Both the position numbers and the translations under genes were made by a program. Shown here piece by piece: positions 27,263 through 36,031 of a DNA stretch of 46,603 bases. The notes below the pieces were generated by a model. The model saw only the letters and a list, made by a program, of their open reading frames with translations. It was not told where the DNA came from and searched no databases. This DNA is from Minisyncoccota bacterium (lineage in GTDB: Bacteria; Patescibacteriota; Microgenomatia; UBA1400; PJMF01): contig JAAYYE010000012.1 in the NCBI GenBank assembly GCA_012515515.1, positions 1-46,603 of the forward strand. Direction: 5' to 3'. Each line of letters opens with the position of its first letter. Positions within the stretch are counted from its first letter, which is position 1.

Positions 27263-28143
27263 ACAAAAAAAAGTGGAGTTAGTAAAGATTTATTTTTTCG
27301 TAAATTAAAGATATTTATGAGTAAAAACAGCGGTATATAAAATTCCCAATAATCATTGCCAAACAACATTTTTAACTGATAAACAATCCAGCTAACATTA
27401 AAAAAAGGTACACTGTGAGTGAATGACAAGTGCTGTGTTTTACTTGCTAAAAAATGGTTCACTAAAACATGAATTTGAAAAAATCCTGTTACCATAAAAA
27501 CGCACAAGCTATATAACAAATTTTGAGCTAAAAGTTTTCGCTTACTTAAAAATAAATAAATCATGAAAAAAAATAGTCCTGCTATCAACCAAACAGAGGC
27601 ATAATTGGTGAAAAAACAAACAGCTAATAAGATGCCAATTAAAAAACTTCTAAAAAGTTTAGGCTTTTTTAAATTGAGAGCCACTAGATAAATAGTGAGT
27701 AGCATTAAAAAAATTATCATTGCATAGGATCGAACTTGAAAAGCTGAATTAATAAGTAAGGGGTGTAAAGAAAATAAACTTATTGCTAAATAAGTGCTGT
27801 TGCGATTTTGGAACAACGAACTAATTTTATAAACTAAATAAATACTGGGAAAAAACCAAACTAAACTGGTCAAGCGCAACCACCAATCAGCATTATTTAA
27901 AATTAACATTATTTTAAGAAAAACATAATATAAGGGCGGATGATCCAAAAACAAATAATCTCCTGTAGAAAAAAATAAATCATTATAGGAATTGCGCTGA
28001 GAAATAAAATAAGAAAGAGCCTCATCTCCCCATAAATCAGTACTCAAACCATAATAAAAACGAATAGCAAGGCCAATAAAAAAACTCAGAATAGCTATCA
28101 ACAGCCATCTGTTGCTAGTTAAAAAAGCCCAAATTTTTTTCAT
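27253..28143 (-). CDS. GT-C fold glycosyltransferase (PMT_2/ArnT-like), N-terminal part
   Basis: 296 aa and polytopic. The first loop carries LWGDEALSYF (DE motif), and an HPPLYY motif typical of ArnT/PMT-like enzymes is present. The segment is very AT-rich. Confidence 0.65.
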   Translation of the reverse strand: MKKIWAFLTSNRWLLIAILSFFIGLAIRFYYGLSTDLWGDEALSYFISQRNSYNDLFFSTGDYLFLDHPPLYYVFLKIMLILNNADWWLRLTSLVWFFPSIYLVYKISSLFQNRNSTYLAISLFSLHPLLINSAFQVRSYAMIIFLMLLTIYLVALNLKKPKLFRSFLIGILLAVCFFTNYASVWLIAGLFFFMIYLFLSKRKLLAQNLLYSLCVFMVTGFFQIHVLVNHFLASKTQHLSFTHSVPFFNVSWIVYQLKMLFGNDYWEFYIPLFLLINIFNLRKNKSLLTPLFFVCL

Positions 28144-28150
28144 GAAACAA

Positions 28151-30343
28151 CTACATTAAATCTTTAGCTGCTAAATGTTCTTGCATTTTAGTTCTGAAAA
28201 CTTCTCTTGGCTTACTACCTTGTGCTTGACCAACAAAACCAGCTCCTTCCAGCTGATCTAAAATCCGTGCTGCTCGGGCATAGCCAACTGATAAATGCCT
28301 TTGAATAGCACTAGACGAGGCACTGTTACTTTTCGAAAAAAGTCGCACTGCCTCATCAAACAAAACATCTCGATCAGCTTCTCCCTCAACGCTCACGCTA
28401 ACCGAGCCACCTACCTTGCTAACTTGATATTTACTGGTAATTTCTTCCTCATACTGAGGTTTCTTTCCTTGAGATTTAAGATGATCCATTAATTGATTGA
28501 TTTCTTGAGAAGTAACAAAGGTGCCTTGAATACGAGCTGGTTTTGCTCTATCTGGTGATAAATAAAGCATATCTCCCTTGCCCAAGAGTTTTTCTGCTCC
28601 AGGTGTATCTAAAATAACTCGACTATCAGTCACACTGGAAACATTAAAGGCAATTCTAGTTGGCATATTAGCTTTGATTAGACCAGTGATGACATCTACC
28701 GAGGGTCGTTGAGTAGCTAACACCAAATGAATACCCACCGCTCTGGCCATTTGGGCAATACGCGTCACATTATCTTCTACTTCTTTGGGTGCAAAAAGCA
28801 TAATGTCTGCCATTTCATCAATCACAATCACAATGTTTGGCATGGTAGCTAGACCAGCTAATTCGTTGTAATCATGAATAGTGCGCACGCCAACTTCTTT
28901 CAAGAGTTTGTAGCGTTTTTGCATTAATTCCACTGCCCATTTTAAAGCTGAAACCACTTTGTCTGGACTATTAATAACTGGGGTTAATAGATGAGGAATG
29001 TCTTCATATTTGCTTAGTTCGACTTGTTTTGGATCAACCAAAATGAATTTGACTTCTTCTGGAGTGGCTCTAAACAAAATAGAACATAAAAAAGAATTAA
29101 CACAGACTGACTTTCCAGAACCCGTGGCTCCAGCAATTAAGAGATGAGGCATTTCCGCAATATCTGCCACCACTGGCTTGCCTGCTACATCAACTCCCAA
29201 ACCAACAGCTAATTTTGAAGGATGTTTCTTTAATATTGGAGAAGACAAAACTGTTTTGAGTGGCACGATTTCTGCGCTATGATTAGGGACTTCCACTCCG
29301 ACTAAATTACGGCCAGGTATTGGCGCTTCAATTCTAATTTGACCAGTTGGCGCAGCCAGGGCAAGTGCTAAATCAGTTGATAAAGCAGTAATTTTTGATA
29401 AACGCGTACCCTGAGTAATATTTAAACAATATTGAGTAATTGCTGGGCCAGGGTTATATTCTGCTACCTTAGCATTAATGCCAAAGGAGTCTAAAGTATT
29501 TTCAATAATCTGTGCGTTCGCTTTCACATCACCTCGATCTGCTACTGCCCCTTTTTCTGCGGTTAAAAGGGATAAGGGCGGATAATCCCAAATCATAGGT
29601 GTTGATGAAGCGTTGAGAGCTTCTTCGCCTTCCAAGTTGCCAGCTGGTGCTTTCTCCGTCAGAACTTGTTTTTCGGCTAAGACCGCTGTGCCAGTAGTCT
29701 GGTCAATCTCTAGTTCTTCTTGGTAGTCGCTGCCTTTTTGCAAGTCTTTTTTACCAAAGCTTAAGTTGGGAATAGAAAAATGACGAGATTTTTTAATTTC
29801 TTGATCTGTCACATCTTTATCAATAGTCTTATCACCTTTTTTAGCTGATTTTAGCGCTTGCCGTTTGGCAAAGAATTTTGTAATTCCATTGACTAAATCA
29901 GTTAAAGAACTTTGTGAAAGCACTAAAAAACCAATCAGGGTGAGAGCGCCAAACACCATATAACTGCCGGCCGAAGTGATTAATCTTGCTAAATTATCAA
30001 AAATATTGATACCAATTTCACCACTCCGAGATACTCCCATGGCACCAATCATCATCAAAATCACCCCTAACAAAATTGTGGGCTTTGACCAAGCATGCTT
30101 ACTCCTAATCATCACCAAACCAGATGCGATAAAAAGAAAAGGTAGAAATAACATTGATATACCAATTTTTTGTGTTAAAAAATTGTTAATCGTCATTAGC
30201 CACTGCCCTTGACCAGTAAAAGACAACAAGACTAAGCCTCCTAGCATGATTAACAAAACAGCAATTACCGAATAACTAGTATCAGCTCTCATTTTCAAAC
30301 GAATTGCCTGGCGCTTTTTCCGTGAAGATTTTCTTTTTGCCAT
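28151..30343 (-). CDS. ftsK: DNA translocase FtsK
   Basis: 730 aa with N-terminal TM segments and a motor domain carrying Walker A (GATGSGKSV) and Walker B (IVIVIDEMAD). The C-terminal gamma winged-helix reads IQRHLSVGYARAARILDQLE. Confidence 0.96.
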   Translation of the reverse strand: MAKRKSSRKKRQAIRLKMRADTSYSVIAVLLIMLGGLVLLSFTGQGQWLMTINNFLTQKIGISMLFLPFLFIASGLVMIRSKHAWSKPTILLGVILMMIGAMGVSRSGEIGINIFDNLARLITSAGSYMVFGALTLIGFLVLSQSSLTDLVNGITKFFAKRQALKSAKKGDKTIDKDVTDQEIKKSRHFSIPNLSFGKKDLQKGSDYQEELEIDQTTGTAVLAEKQVLTEKAPAGNLEGEEALNASSTPMIWDYPPLSLLTAEKGAVADRGDVKANAQIIENTLDSFGINAKVAEYNPGPAITQYCLNITQGTRLSKITALSTDLALALAAPTGQIRIEAPIPGRNLVGVEVPNHSAEIVPLKTVLSSPILKKHPSKLAVGLGVDVAGKPVVADIAEMPHLLIAGATGSGKSVCVNSFLCSILFRATPEEVKFILVDPKQVELSKYEDIPHLLTPVINSPDKVVSALKWAVELMQKRYKLLKEVGVRTIHDYNELAGLATMPNIVIVIDEMADIMLFAPKEVEDNVTRIAQMARAVGIHLVLATQRPSVDVITGLIKANMPTRIAFNVSSVTDSRVILDTPGAEKLLGKGDMLYLSPDRAKPARIQGTFVTSQEINQLMDHLKSQGKKPQYEEEITSKYQVSKVGGSVSVSVEGEADRDVLFDEAVRLFSKSNSASSSAIQRHLSVGYARAARILDQLEGAGFVGQAQGSKPREVFRTKMQEHLAAKDLM

Positions 30344-30428
30344 ATTTTGATCAGATTAATGTATCTCTATTTAAGAACAAAAGTCTTGAAACTGCAAGCA
30401 GTAAGGCGTAAATATTTGTTTCTAATCT

Positions 30429-32093
30429 TTAGAAATCCCAAATCACTGGCAAAATTATTGGTTCGCGACGAATAATCTTGAACAAACGACGAGCCAAACG
30501 TTTTTCTAAACGATGTTTCAATTCTTCATCTTTGACATTGTTTCCCAAATCTTTGGCAATCACCAGCGTTTCTTTTTTAATATAGTTGATGACCTCATCT
30601 GCCTCTTTCATAAAAACAAATCCTCTGGAAACAACCTGCATTTTAGTAAAATCAATTTTTTTATTGAAACGTGGTAAAAGAATAACAATAATACCTGCCT
30701 TAGACAAATTTAAACGATCAGATAATACAATTGGCCCCACATCACCAATGCCCAAACCATCTATAGTGGTCGCCATTAAAGAAATTTGCTGGGCAACAGA
30801 TACTCCTTTTTGATCAATGTTTAAAACATCGCCACTTTTGGGTAATAATATTTGCCAATCTTGATAATCTAGAGGCTGGGCAACAGTTTTTTTAAATAAA
30901 GCTCGATGCCGATCAGCACCGCCTATAGGCATGACAAACTTTGGTTTCAAGAGTTTTAACATTAGCTCTTGTTCCACGCGACTAGCATGTCCAGAACGAT
31001 GAATATCTGGGCGAATATCTGGATAAACCACTTCAATCCCATCAGCTGCCAATTGATCAATGGCAGAATAATAAGGAACTTCGTTACCAGGAATAACATC
31101 AGCTGAAAAGATGACTTTGTCTTGATTATTAATTTGCACTATTTGATGATCTCCATAGACCACTCTTACTAGAGATGAGCCCTCCTGCCCCTGACTTCCA
31201 GCAATAATAATACATAGTTTATTGTCAGGCACTTGACTCATCTTTTTCTTATCAAGCATCAAACCTTTGGGAATAGTCAAATTTTTAATTTGCAAAGCTG
31301 TTTTAACATTTTGTTCAACACTGCGACCCACAAAGACAACTTTACGACCCAATCTTTCACAAGCATCAACGGTTTGTTGAATGCGATGCAAATGTGAGCT
31401 CATTAAAGTCACTAAAATTTTCCCAGAAACATTTTCCATTTCCCTAAATAAAGCTGGACCGACAGTGGATTCTGAAGGTGTCCACTGCTCTCTTTCAACC
31501 CTTAAACAGTCTAAGTTGGCCAGTAATAAATCACCCTTTTCACCAATTTCTTGAATAAAATCCATATCACTTAAGCGTCCATCCACCGGCGTTTTATCAA
31601 GTTTAAAATCACTACCGTGATAAATCTTGCCCACTGGCGTTTCTAATAAGATGTGTTTAGAATCTGGCACTGAATGGGTAATGGCAAGTAATTGAAACTT
31701 AAAAAATTGACCCAATTCAACAACTTGGCGATCTTCAAGCACCTGGATCTCTTTGTCAACTTTTTTATCCAACAAGCGATCATGAGCAAATTGAGCTGTT
31801 AATGTTGAGGCATAAATTGGAAAATCAGGCAAAGTAGGTAATAAATAAGGCAATGATCCGATATGATCATCGTGCCCATGACTTAAGACCATCCCCACAA
31901 TTTTCGCTCCGGCTTCTACTTGATTTAATAAATAGGTAACATCTGGGATTAGGGCATCAACACCAGGCATATATAAATCTGGAAAACCAATACCACAATC
32001 AATCAGCAATATTTCTTGTTCATACTGATATAAATAAAGATTTTGGGTAACTTTACCCATACCGCCCAAAGCTAAAAATTTAAGTTTTGACAT
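30429..32093 (-). CDS. rnj: Ribonuclease J
   Basis: 554 aa with the metallo-beta-lactamase motif LSHGHDDHIG, a beta-CASP region and a C-terminal domain. Length and architecture are typical of RNase J. Confidence 0.9.
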   Translation of the reverse strand: MSKLKFLALGGMGKVTQNLYLYQYEQEILLIDCGIGFPDLYMPGVDALIPDVTYLLNQVEAGAKIVGMVLSHGHDDHIGSLPYLLPTLPDFPIYASTLTAQFAHDRLLDKKVDKEIQVLEDRQVVELGQFFKFQLLAITHSVPDSKHILLETPVGKIYHGSDFKLDKTPVDGRLSDMDFIQEIGEKGDLLLANLDCLRVEREQWTPSESTVGPALFREMENVSGKILVTLMSSHLHRIQQTVDACERLGRKVVFVGRSVEQNVKTALQIKNLTIPKGLMLDKKKMSQVPDNKLCIIIAGSQGQEGSSLVRVVYGDHQIVQINNQDKVIFSADVIPGNEVPYYSAIDQLAADGIEVVYPDIRPDIHRSGHASRVEQELMLKLLKPKFVMPIGGADRHRALFKKTVAQPLDYQDWQILLPKSGDVLNIDQKGVSVAQQISLMATTIDGLGIGDVGPIVLSDRLNLSKAGIIVILLPRFNKKIDFTKMQVVSRGFVFMKEADEVINYIKKETLVIAKDLGNNVKDEELKHRLEKRLARRLFKIIRREPIILPVIWDF

Positions 32094-32094
32094 A

Positions 32095-32754
32095 TTAAAA
32101 TAATTCCTCTCTTAATTGTTTTTTGAATGACAAAGTTTCTTGTTGTGACTCAATCCACTGCATAATTTTATCAATTTTTTTGAAATCTTCTATAAATGAT
32201 TGTTTAAGCTGGGTAGATCTTAATGCCGCTGCTGGATGATACATGGGTAAAACAAATAGGTCTTGATTTTGCCATTTTAAGCGATGTAAACGACCATGGG
32301 TTTGAGAAATTTTTACATCTTCTAAAAATTTGGCCATGCTAAAACGCCCCAGGGTAATGATTAATTTCGGCTGAATCAAGTTAATTTCTTTGTCTAAAAA
32401 TGGTTTAAAAGCCAAAATTTCTTGAGGCGAAGGGTCCCGATTGTCGGGCGGTCTGGCTTTAATAATATTACTGATAAATAAATCCTTGACTGGGAGACCA
32501 TTGTTTTCAAGAGTTTGGCGCAATAATTGTCCAGAACGACCAACAAATGGCCGACGCTGAAGAACTTCATGATAGCCAGGCGCCTCACCAATCAACATTA
32601 TTTCAGCTTCTTGACTGCCTTCTCCATGAACAAGATCTGTGGTTTGGGTGACTAAAGGTAAATGAGCAAACTGCTCTTCTAACAAATTCTGAAGATCTAG
32701 TAAATTATCTACCTTCATTAATGATGTTTTCACTGATAAACCAGTCTTTGACAT
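32095..32754 (-). CDS. Uracil-DNA glycosylase, family 4-like, with no cysteines
   Basis: 219 aa with GEAPGYHE (motif A), PFVGRSGQLL, KARPPDNRDP and HPAAALR (motif B). The protein contains no Cys. Confidence 0.8.
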   Translation of the reverse strand: MSKTGLSVKTSLMKVDNLLDLQNLLEEQFAHLPLVTQTTDLVHGEGSQEAEIMLIGEAPGYHEVLQRRPFVGRSGQLLRQTLENNGLPVKDLFISNIIKARPPDNRDPSPQEILAFKPFLDKEINLIQPKLIITLGRFSMAKFLEDVKISQTHGRLHRLKWQNQDLFVLPMYHPAAALRSTQLKQSFIEDFKKIDKIMQWIESQQETLSFKKQLREELF

Positions 32755-32773
32755 AATGCAATTCTAACACAGA

Positions 32774-33844
32774 CTAATAACTGGGTAGAAAAATCTTTAG
32801 ATTATCAGGCTTAATAATCACTTCTTTAAAACCACGCTCAACAATAATCCGTGCTGCTCTACGAACCGCTCCTTTGAGGGTACGCTGTAAGGTACGAACA
32901 CCAGCATCAAAGCCCAGAGGTCTAACTAAAGTTGGCCAAACTGCCTCATCAATTATCAGTTGTTTATCCTTCAAACCAGCTTCTTTAAGAACCGTTGGTA
33001 AAATGTATTTTTTAGCAATCACAATTTTCTCCTCATCGCTATAAGAAGGCATATCAATCCTCTCCATACGATCGAGCACAGCTGCTGAAATGCGCCTGGT
33101 GTTATTGCAAGTGGCAATAAAAATTGCTTGACTTAGATTAACTGGAAAATTAATGTAATTATCTATAAAAGCATGATTTTGCGCTGGATCTAATAATTCT
33201 ACTAATACGCCCATGATGTCGTTATTAGCATCTTCAGCTGCACGATCAATTTCATCGAGTAAAATCACAGGATTAATGCTTTGCACATCGCACAAGCCTT
33301 GAATAATTTCTCCAGGTTGAGCCTCCAAAATTAAGCGAGATTCACCTCGCAACTCTTTAGCTGAAGCCATCCCACCAATCGGAATACGCAATAATTTTCT
33401 ATTTAAAGCTTCTGCCAAAGAATAAGCAAAAGTGGTTTTACCTGTGCCCACTAAACCAACTAAAAGTAAGATGGGTGCAGAAAATTCTTGATCGGTGAAA
33501 TTTTGTTTTTGTAAATTTAAAATTGCTAAATATTCTAAAAAACGATCTTTGACTTCTTTTAAACCAAAATGGTGTTTATCAAAAACTTCCTTGGCTTTTT
33601 GAATGTCTAAAGTGTCAGTGGTTTTTTGCGCAAAAGGAATTCTGCTTATCCAATCTATATAACGAGAAACCTTCTCATATTTTTCATCATAATTACCAAA
33701 TTTAACACTTCGCTCTAAAGAAACAAATTCTTTTTTTACTTTTCTTGCTAGTTCTTCGGGAATATGAACCTGTTCAATCTTGGCTTTTAGTTCATCAAGC
33801 TCCTGATTGAAAATTTCATCAGAGTTAATTTGCGACATAAACAA
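32774..33844 (-). CDS. Lon-type AAA+ ATPase module without a protease domain
   Basis: 356 aa. It aligns block by block with the Lon ATPase region:
- HFGLKEVKDRFLEYLA
- Walker A, GLVGTGKT
- Walker B, VILLDEIDR
- LLDPAQNHAF
- LDRMERIDMPSYSDEEK
- DAGVRTLQR

It stops where the Lon peptidase domain would begin. Confidence 0.8.
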   Translation of the reverse strand: MFMSQINSDEIFNQELDELKAKIEQVHIPEELARKVKKEFVSLERSVKFGNYDEKYEKVSRYIDWISRIPFAQKTTDTLDIQKAKEVFDKHHFGLKEVKDRFLEYLAILNLQKQNFTDQEFSAPILLLVGLVGTGKTTFAYSLAEALNRKLLRIPIGGMASAKELRGESRLILEAQPGEIIQGLCDVQSINPVILLDEIDRAAEDANNDIMGVLVELLDPAQNHAFIDNYINFPVNLSQAIFIATCNNTRRISAAVLDRMERIDMPSYSDEEKIVIAKKYILPTVLKEAGLKDKQLIIDEAVWPTLVRPLGFDAGVRTLQRTLKGAVRRAARIIVERGFKEVIIKPDNLKIFLPSY

Positions 33845-33845
33845 C

Positions 33846-34367
33846 TTAAGACTGTTTCGCTCTAAACGTTAAACCTAGGCCAACGCTTAACATGGCAAGA
33901 GCTAAAAACATAATACTAGTAAGCGGAGAACCAGCAGTTGGCAAAGTAGCACTGGTGGTGGCAGTTGTACTTGCTCCACTAGTGGCGCTTAATGCGCTAG
34001 CAGTACTTGCTTCTCCAACGGTTAGAATAAAATCTAAAGCTTCAGTGCCAGAAGTCAAACTAAATTGATGTTGGCCCTCAGTCAATGAAGAAACCAAGGT
34101 GCTCCAGCCTCCTTCTTCATCTGCGGTGGCAGTTTGAGTGGCGCTGTCAATTTGTACTGAAATAGTAGCCGAAGGCGAGGCTAAACCAGATAAAGCAAAA
34201 GTTCCGCCCGAATAAGTATAAGTCTTTAGACTGCTTCCCAAATTTAGACCAGTTACATTGACAGTGCCCACACCAGTTACTTGCAAAGATGCTGCCATAA
34301 CTTTTTTACTAAAAAAGAAAGGAAAAATAATTAATAAACAAATAAGGCTAATTAAAAATTGTTTCAT
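33846..34367 (-). CDS. Secreted surface protein with a C-terminal sortase sorting signal (LPTAG, hydrophobic segment, basic tail)
   Basis: The signal peptide is MKQFLISLICLLIIFPFFFSKKVMAAS. The mature part is Ser/Thr/Ala/Gly-rich. The C-terminus reads LPTAG-SPLTSIMFLALAMLSVGLGLTF-RAKQS. I moved the start to the ATG at 34367 because the longer ORF overlaps the upstream gene. Confidence 0.75.
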   Translation of the reverse strand: MKQFLISLICLLIIFPFFFSKKVMAASLQVTGVGTVNVTGLNLGSSLKTYTYSGGTFALSGLASPSATISVQIDSATQTATADEEGGWSTLVSSLTEGQHQFSLTSGTEALDFILTVGEASTASALSATSGASTTATTSATLPTAGSPLTSIMFLALAMLSVGLGLTFRAKQS

Positions 34368-34390
34368 AGTTCTTATCCAGTTTAGCATTT

Positions 34391-35329
34391 TTATTTTTTT
34401 TGTGCAGCTAGTAATTCTAGCATTTGATAACGTCTTAATAAACCTGTTTTGGCTCCATAAAATTTCACCACATTGCTGGCATTGCGCACTCCCCAAACTA
34501 TTGCCTCATCAACGGGTAAATCATCAATCAAGGCTGCTATATAAGCAGCCGCAAAAGAATCACCAGCTCCAGTATTATCTATGGCTTGACTAGCTTGGCC
34601 TTCAAAAGCAAATTTCTTTTTTCCATATAGAAAAACTTCACCACCTTTTTCTCCCATAGTTACAATAACTTGGGGAAAGTGAGCTAAAATTAATTTTTGG
34701 ACCGGCAGCAGCAGCGACCATTCTTCTTGATTAACAAAAAAGACTTCACAAGGAATGGCTTCAAAAGAAAAAGTCTTTTTTAGTAACAGTTCAATTTCGC
34801 TTTTTCCTGGATTCCAAGATAGTTTAGTGTCTTGATCTTTAATTAAAGTTTGAAAAATCTTAGATAAAGTATCTTTTTGACCAGCTATACTTGACAAATG
34901 AACCCACTTTGCCTGAGTCAGCCAAAAAGCAGGAATGTCATAGGGATCAAGCATTGAAGCTGCGCCCCGATAAGTCATCGCCACTCTTTTCCCATCTTTC
35001 GCTACCAAAACAACACTGCCGCCAGTTCTTTCTAATTTTTCTCTAATTAATAATTGAGTAGCAACTGCTTCTCTTTCAAAATCTCTAATAATTAAATCAG
35101 AAAATTCATCTTGACCGGTTTCCGAGATAACTGCTGTTTTATAACCTAAACGAGCTAAGGCAATTGCAGTATTGCTCGCGCCCCCACCGCTGAATATATG
35201 AAAATCAGTTAACTCTAACTTGTCACCATAACTTAAAATATGTTGATTTTTATCTGAAGCAACGCCCAAATCTTGAGAACTAACAAAAATATCGACTAGT
35301 GATGATCCAATACTAATACAGTCATACAT
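34391..35329 (-). CDS. PfkB-family carbohydrate/nucleoside kinase
   Basis: 312 aa with an N-terminal GGGASNTAIALARLG and the C-terminal PfkB signature DNTGAGDSFAAAYIAAL. Confidence 0.88.
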   Translation of the reverse strand: MYDCISIGSSLVDIFVSSQDLGVASDKNQHILSYGDKLELTDFHIFSGGGASNTAIALARLGYKTAVISETGQDEFSDLIIRDFEREAVATQLLIREKLERTGGSVVLVAKDGKRVAMTYRGAASMLDPYDIPAFWLTQAKWVHLSSIAGQKDTLSKIFQTLIKDQDTKLSWNPGKSEIELLLKKTFSFEAIPCEVFFVNQEEWSLLLPVQKLILAHFPQVIVTMGEKGGEVFLYGKKKFAFEGQASQAIDNTGAGDSFAAAYIAALIDDLPVDEAIVWGVRNASNVVKFYGAKTGLLRRYQMLELLAAQKK

Positions 35330-35410
35330 AGGCAGTACTCACATTGTACAAGATAATAAAGTGAGTTTGCAAGAACCGAGATGTGAAGACCAGACTTAAA
35401 TTGTACTCAG

Positions 35411-36031
35411 TTAGTTTTGACGCTTGCTTAATTCAGCTTCAAAATGCTGGAAAGCCGCCTTAAACTCCTCGAGATTTTCTACAATTCGATACACATCTGA
35501 TTCTTTGCGACCAATTAAAAAATGTTTATGAATAACATCCATAACCTCGTGCCAAAAATGGCCATATAAAATCAAAGGTCGATGATTACCATACTGAAGA
35601 TGAGCCAAAAGCCAAGCAGTTGCCCACTCGCTCAGCGTCCCTGTGCCTCCTTGAAAACAAACGAAAAGCTCAGCATTATTCATTAATGCAAACATTCTTT
35701 CAATATAATTTGGTGTTTTAATTTCTTGATCAGCAATGTTATCTGAAGCACGCCCTTCAAATTCGGGCATGTCCACTGGATTGAGAGTCACTGCTAAAGT
35801 TTGACCGTTTTGGGATTTAGCGCCTTTACTGGAGGCTGCCATAACTCCTGGGCCACCACCATTCACAACCACTTTATTTAAACTTGCCACGTAGGCTGCT
35901 GCCTCGTAGGCAGCTTGACAGACGGGATTGTCGGCTGTCATATCTGCACCACCATAAAAAGCCACCTTATTTATTTTGTTGACGCGCTTAGTTTCAGACG
36001 CCTTTGGCTCTTTTTTATCATTCTGATTCAT
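35411..36031 (-). CDS. LOG-family (TIGR00730) nucleotide 5-prime-monophosphate nucleosidase-like protein
   Basis: 206 aa with GGGPGVMAA and FQGGTGTLSEW motifs. Confidence 0.8.
   Translation of the reverse strand: MNQNDKKEPKASETKRVNKINKVAFYGGADMTADNPVCQAAYEAAAYVASLNKVVVNGGGPGVMAASSKGAKSQNGQTLAVTLNPVDMPEFEGRASDNIADQEIKTPNYIERMFALMNNAELFVCFQGGTGTLSEWATAWLLAHLQYGNHRPLILYGHFWHEVMDVIHKHFLIGRKESDVYRIVENLEEFKAAFQHFEAELSKRQN

Noticed and set aside
26716-28150. A genomic island integrated at ssrA.
   Set aside because: There is no integrase, no att-like repeat of the tmRNA 3-prime end and no mobile-element genes. I kept only a low-interest compositional note.
34368-34496. The 43-codon N-terminal extension of the LPTAG protein ORF.
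   Set aside because: It overlaps the 3-prime end of the PfkB kinase gene. A canonical signal peptide begins at the internal ATG at 34367.
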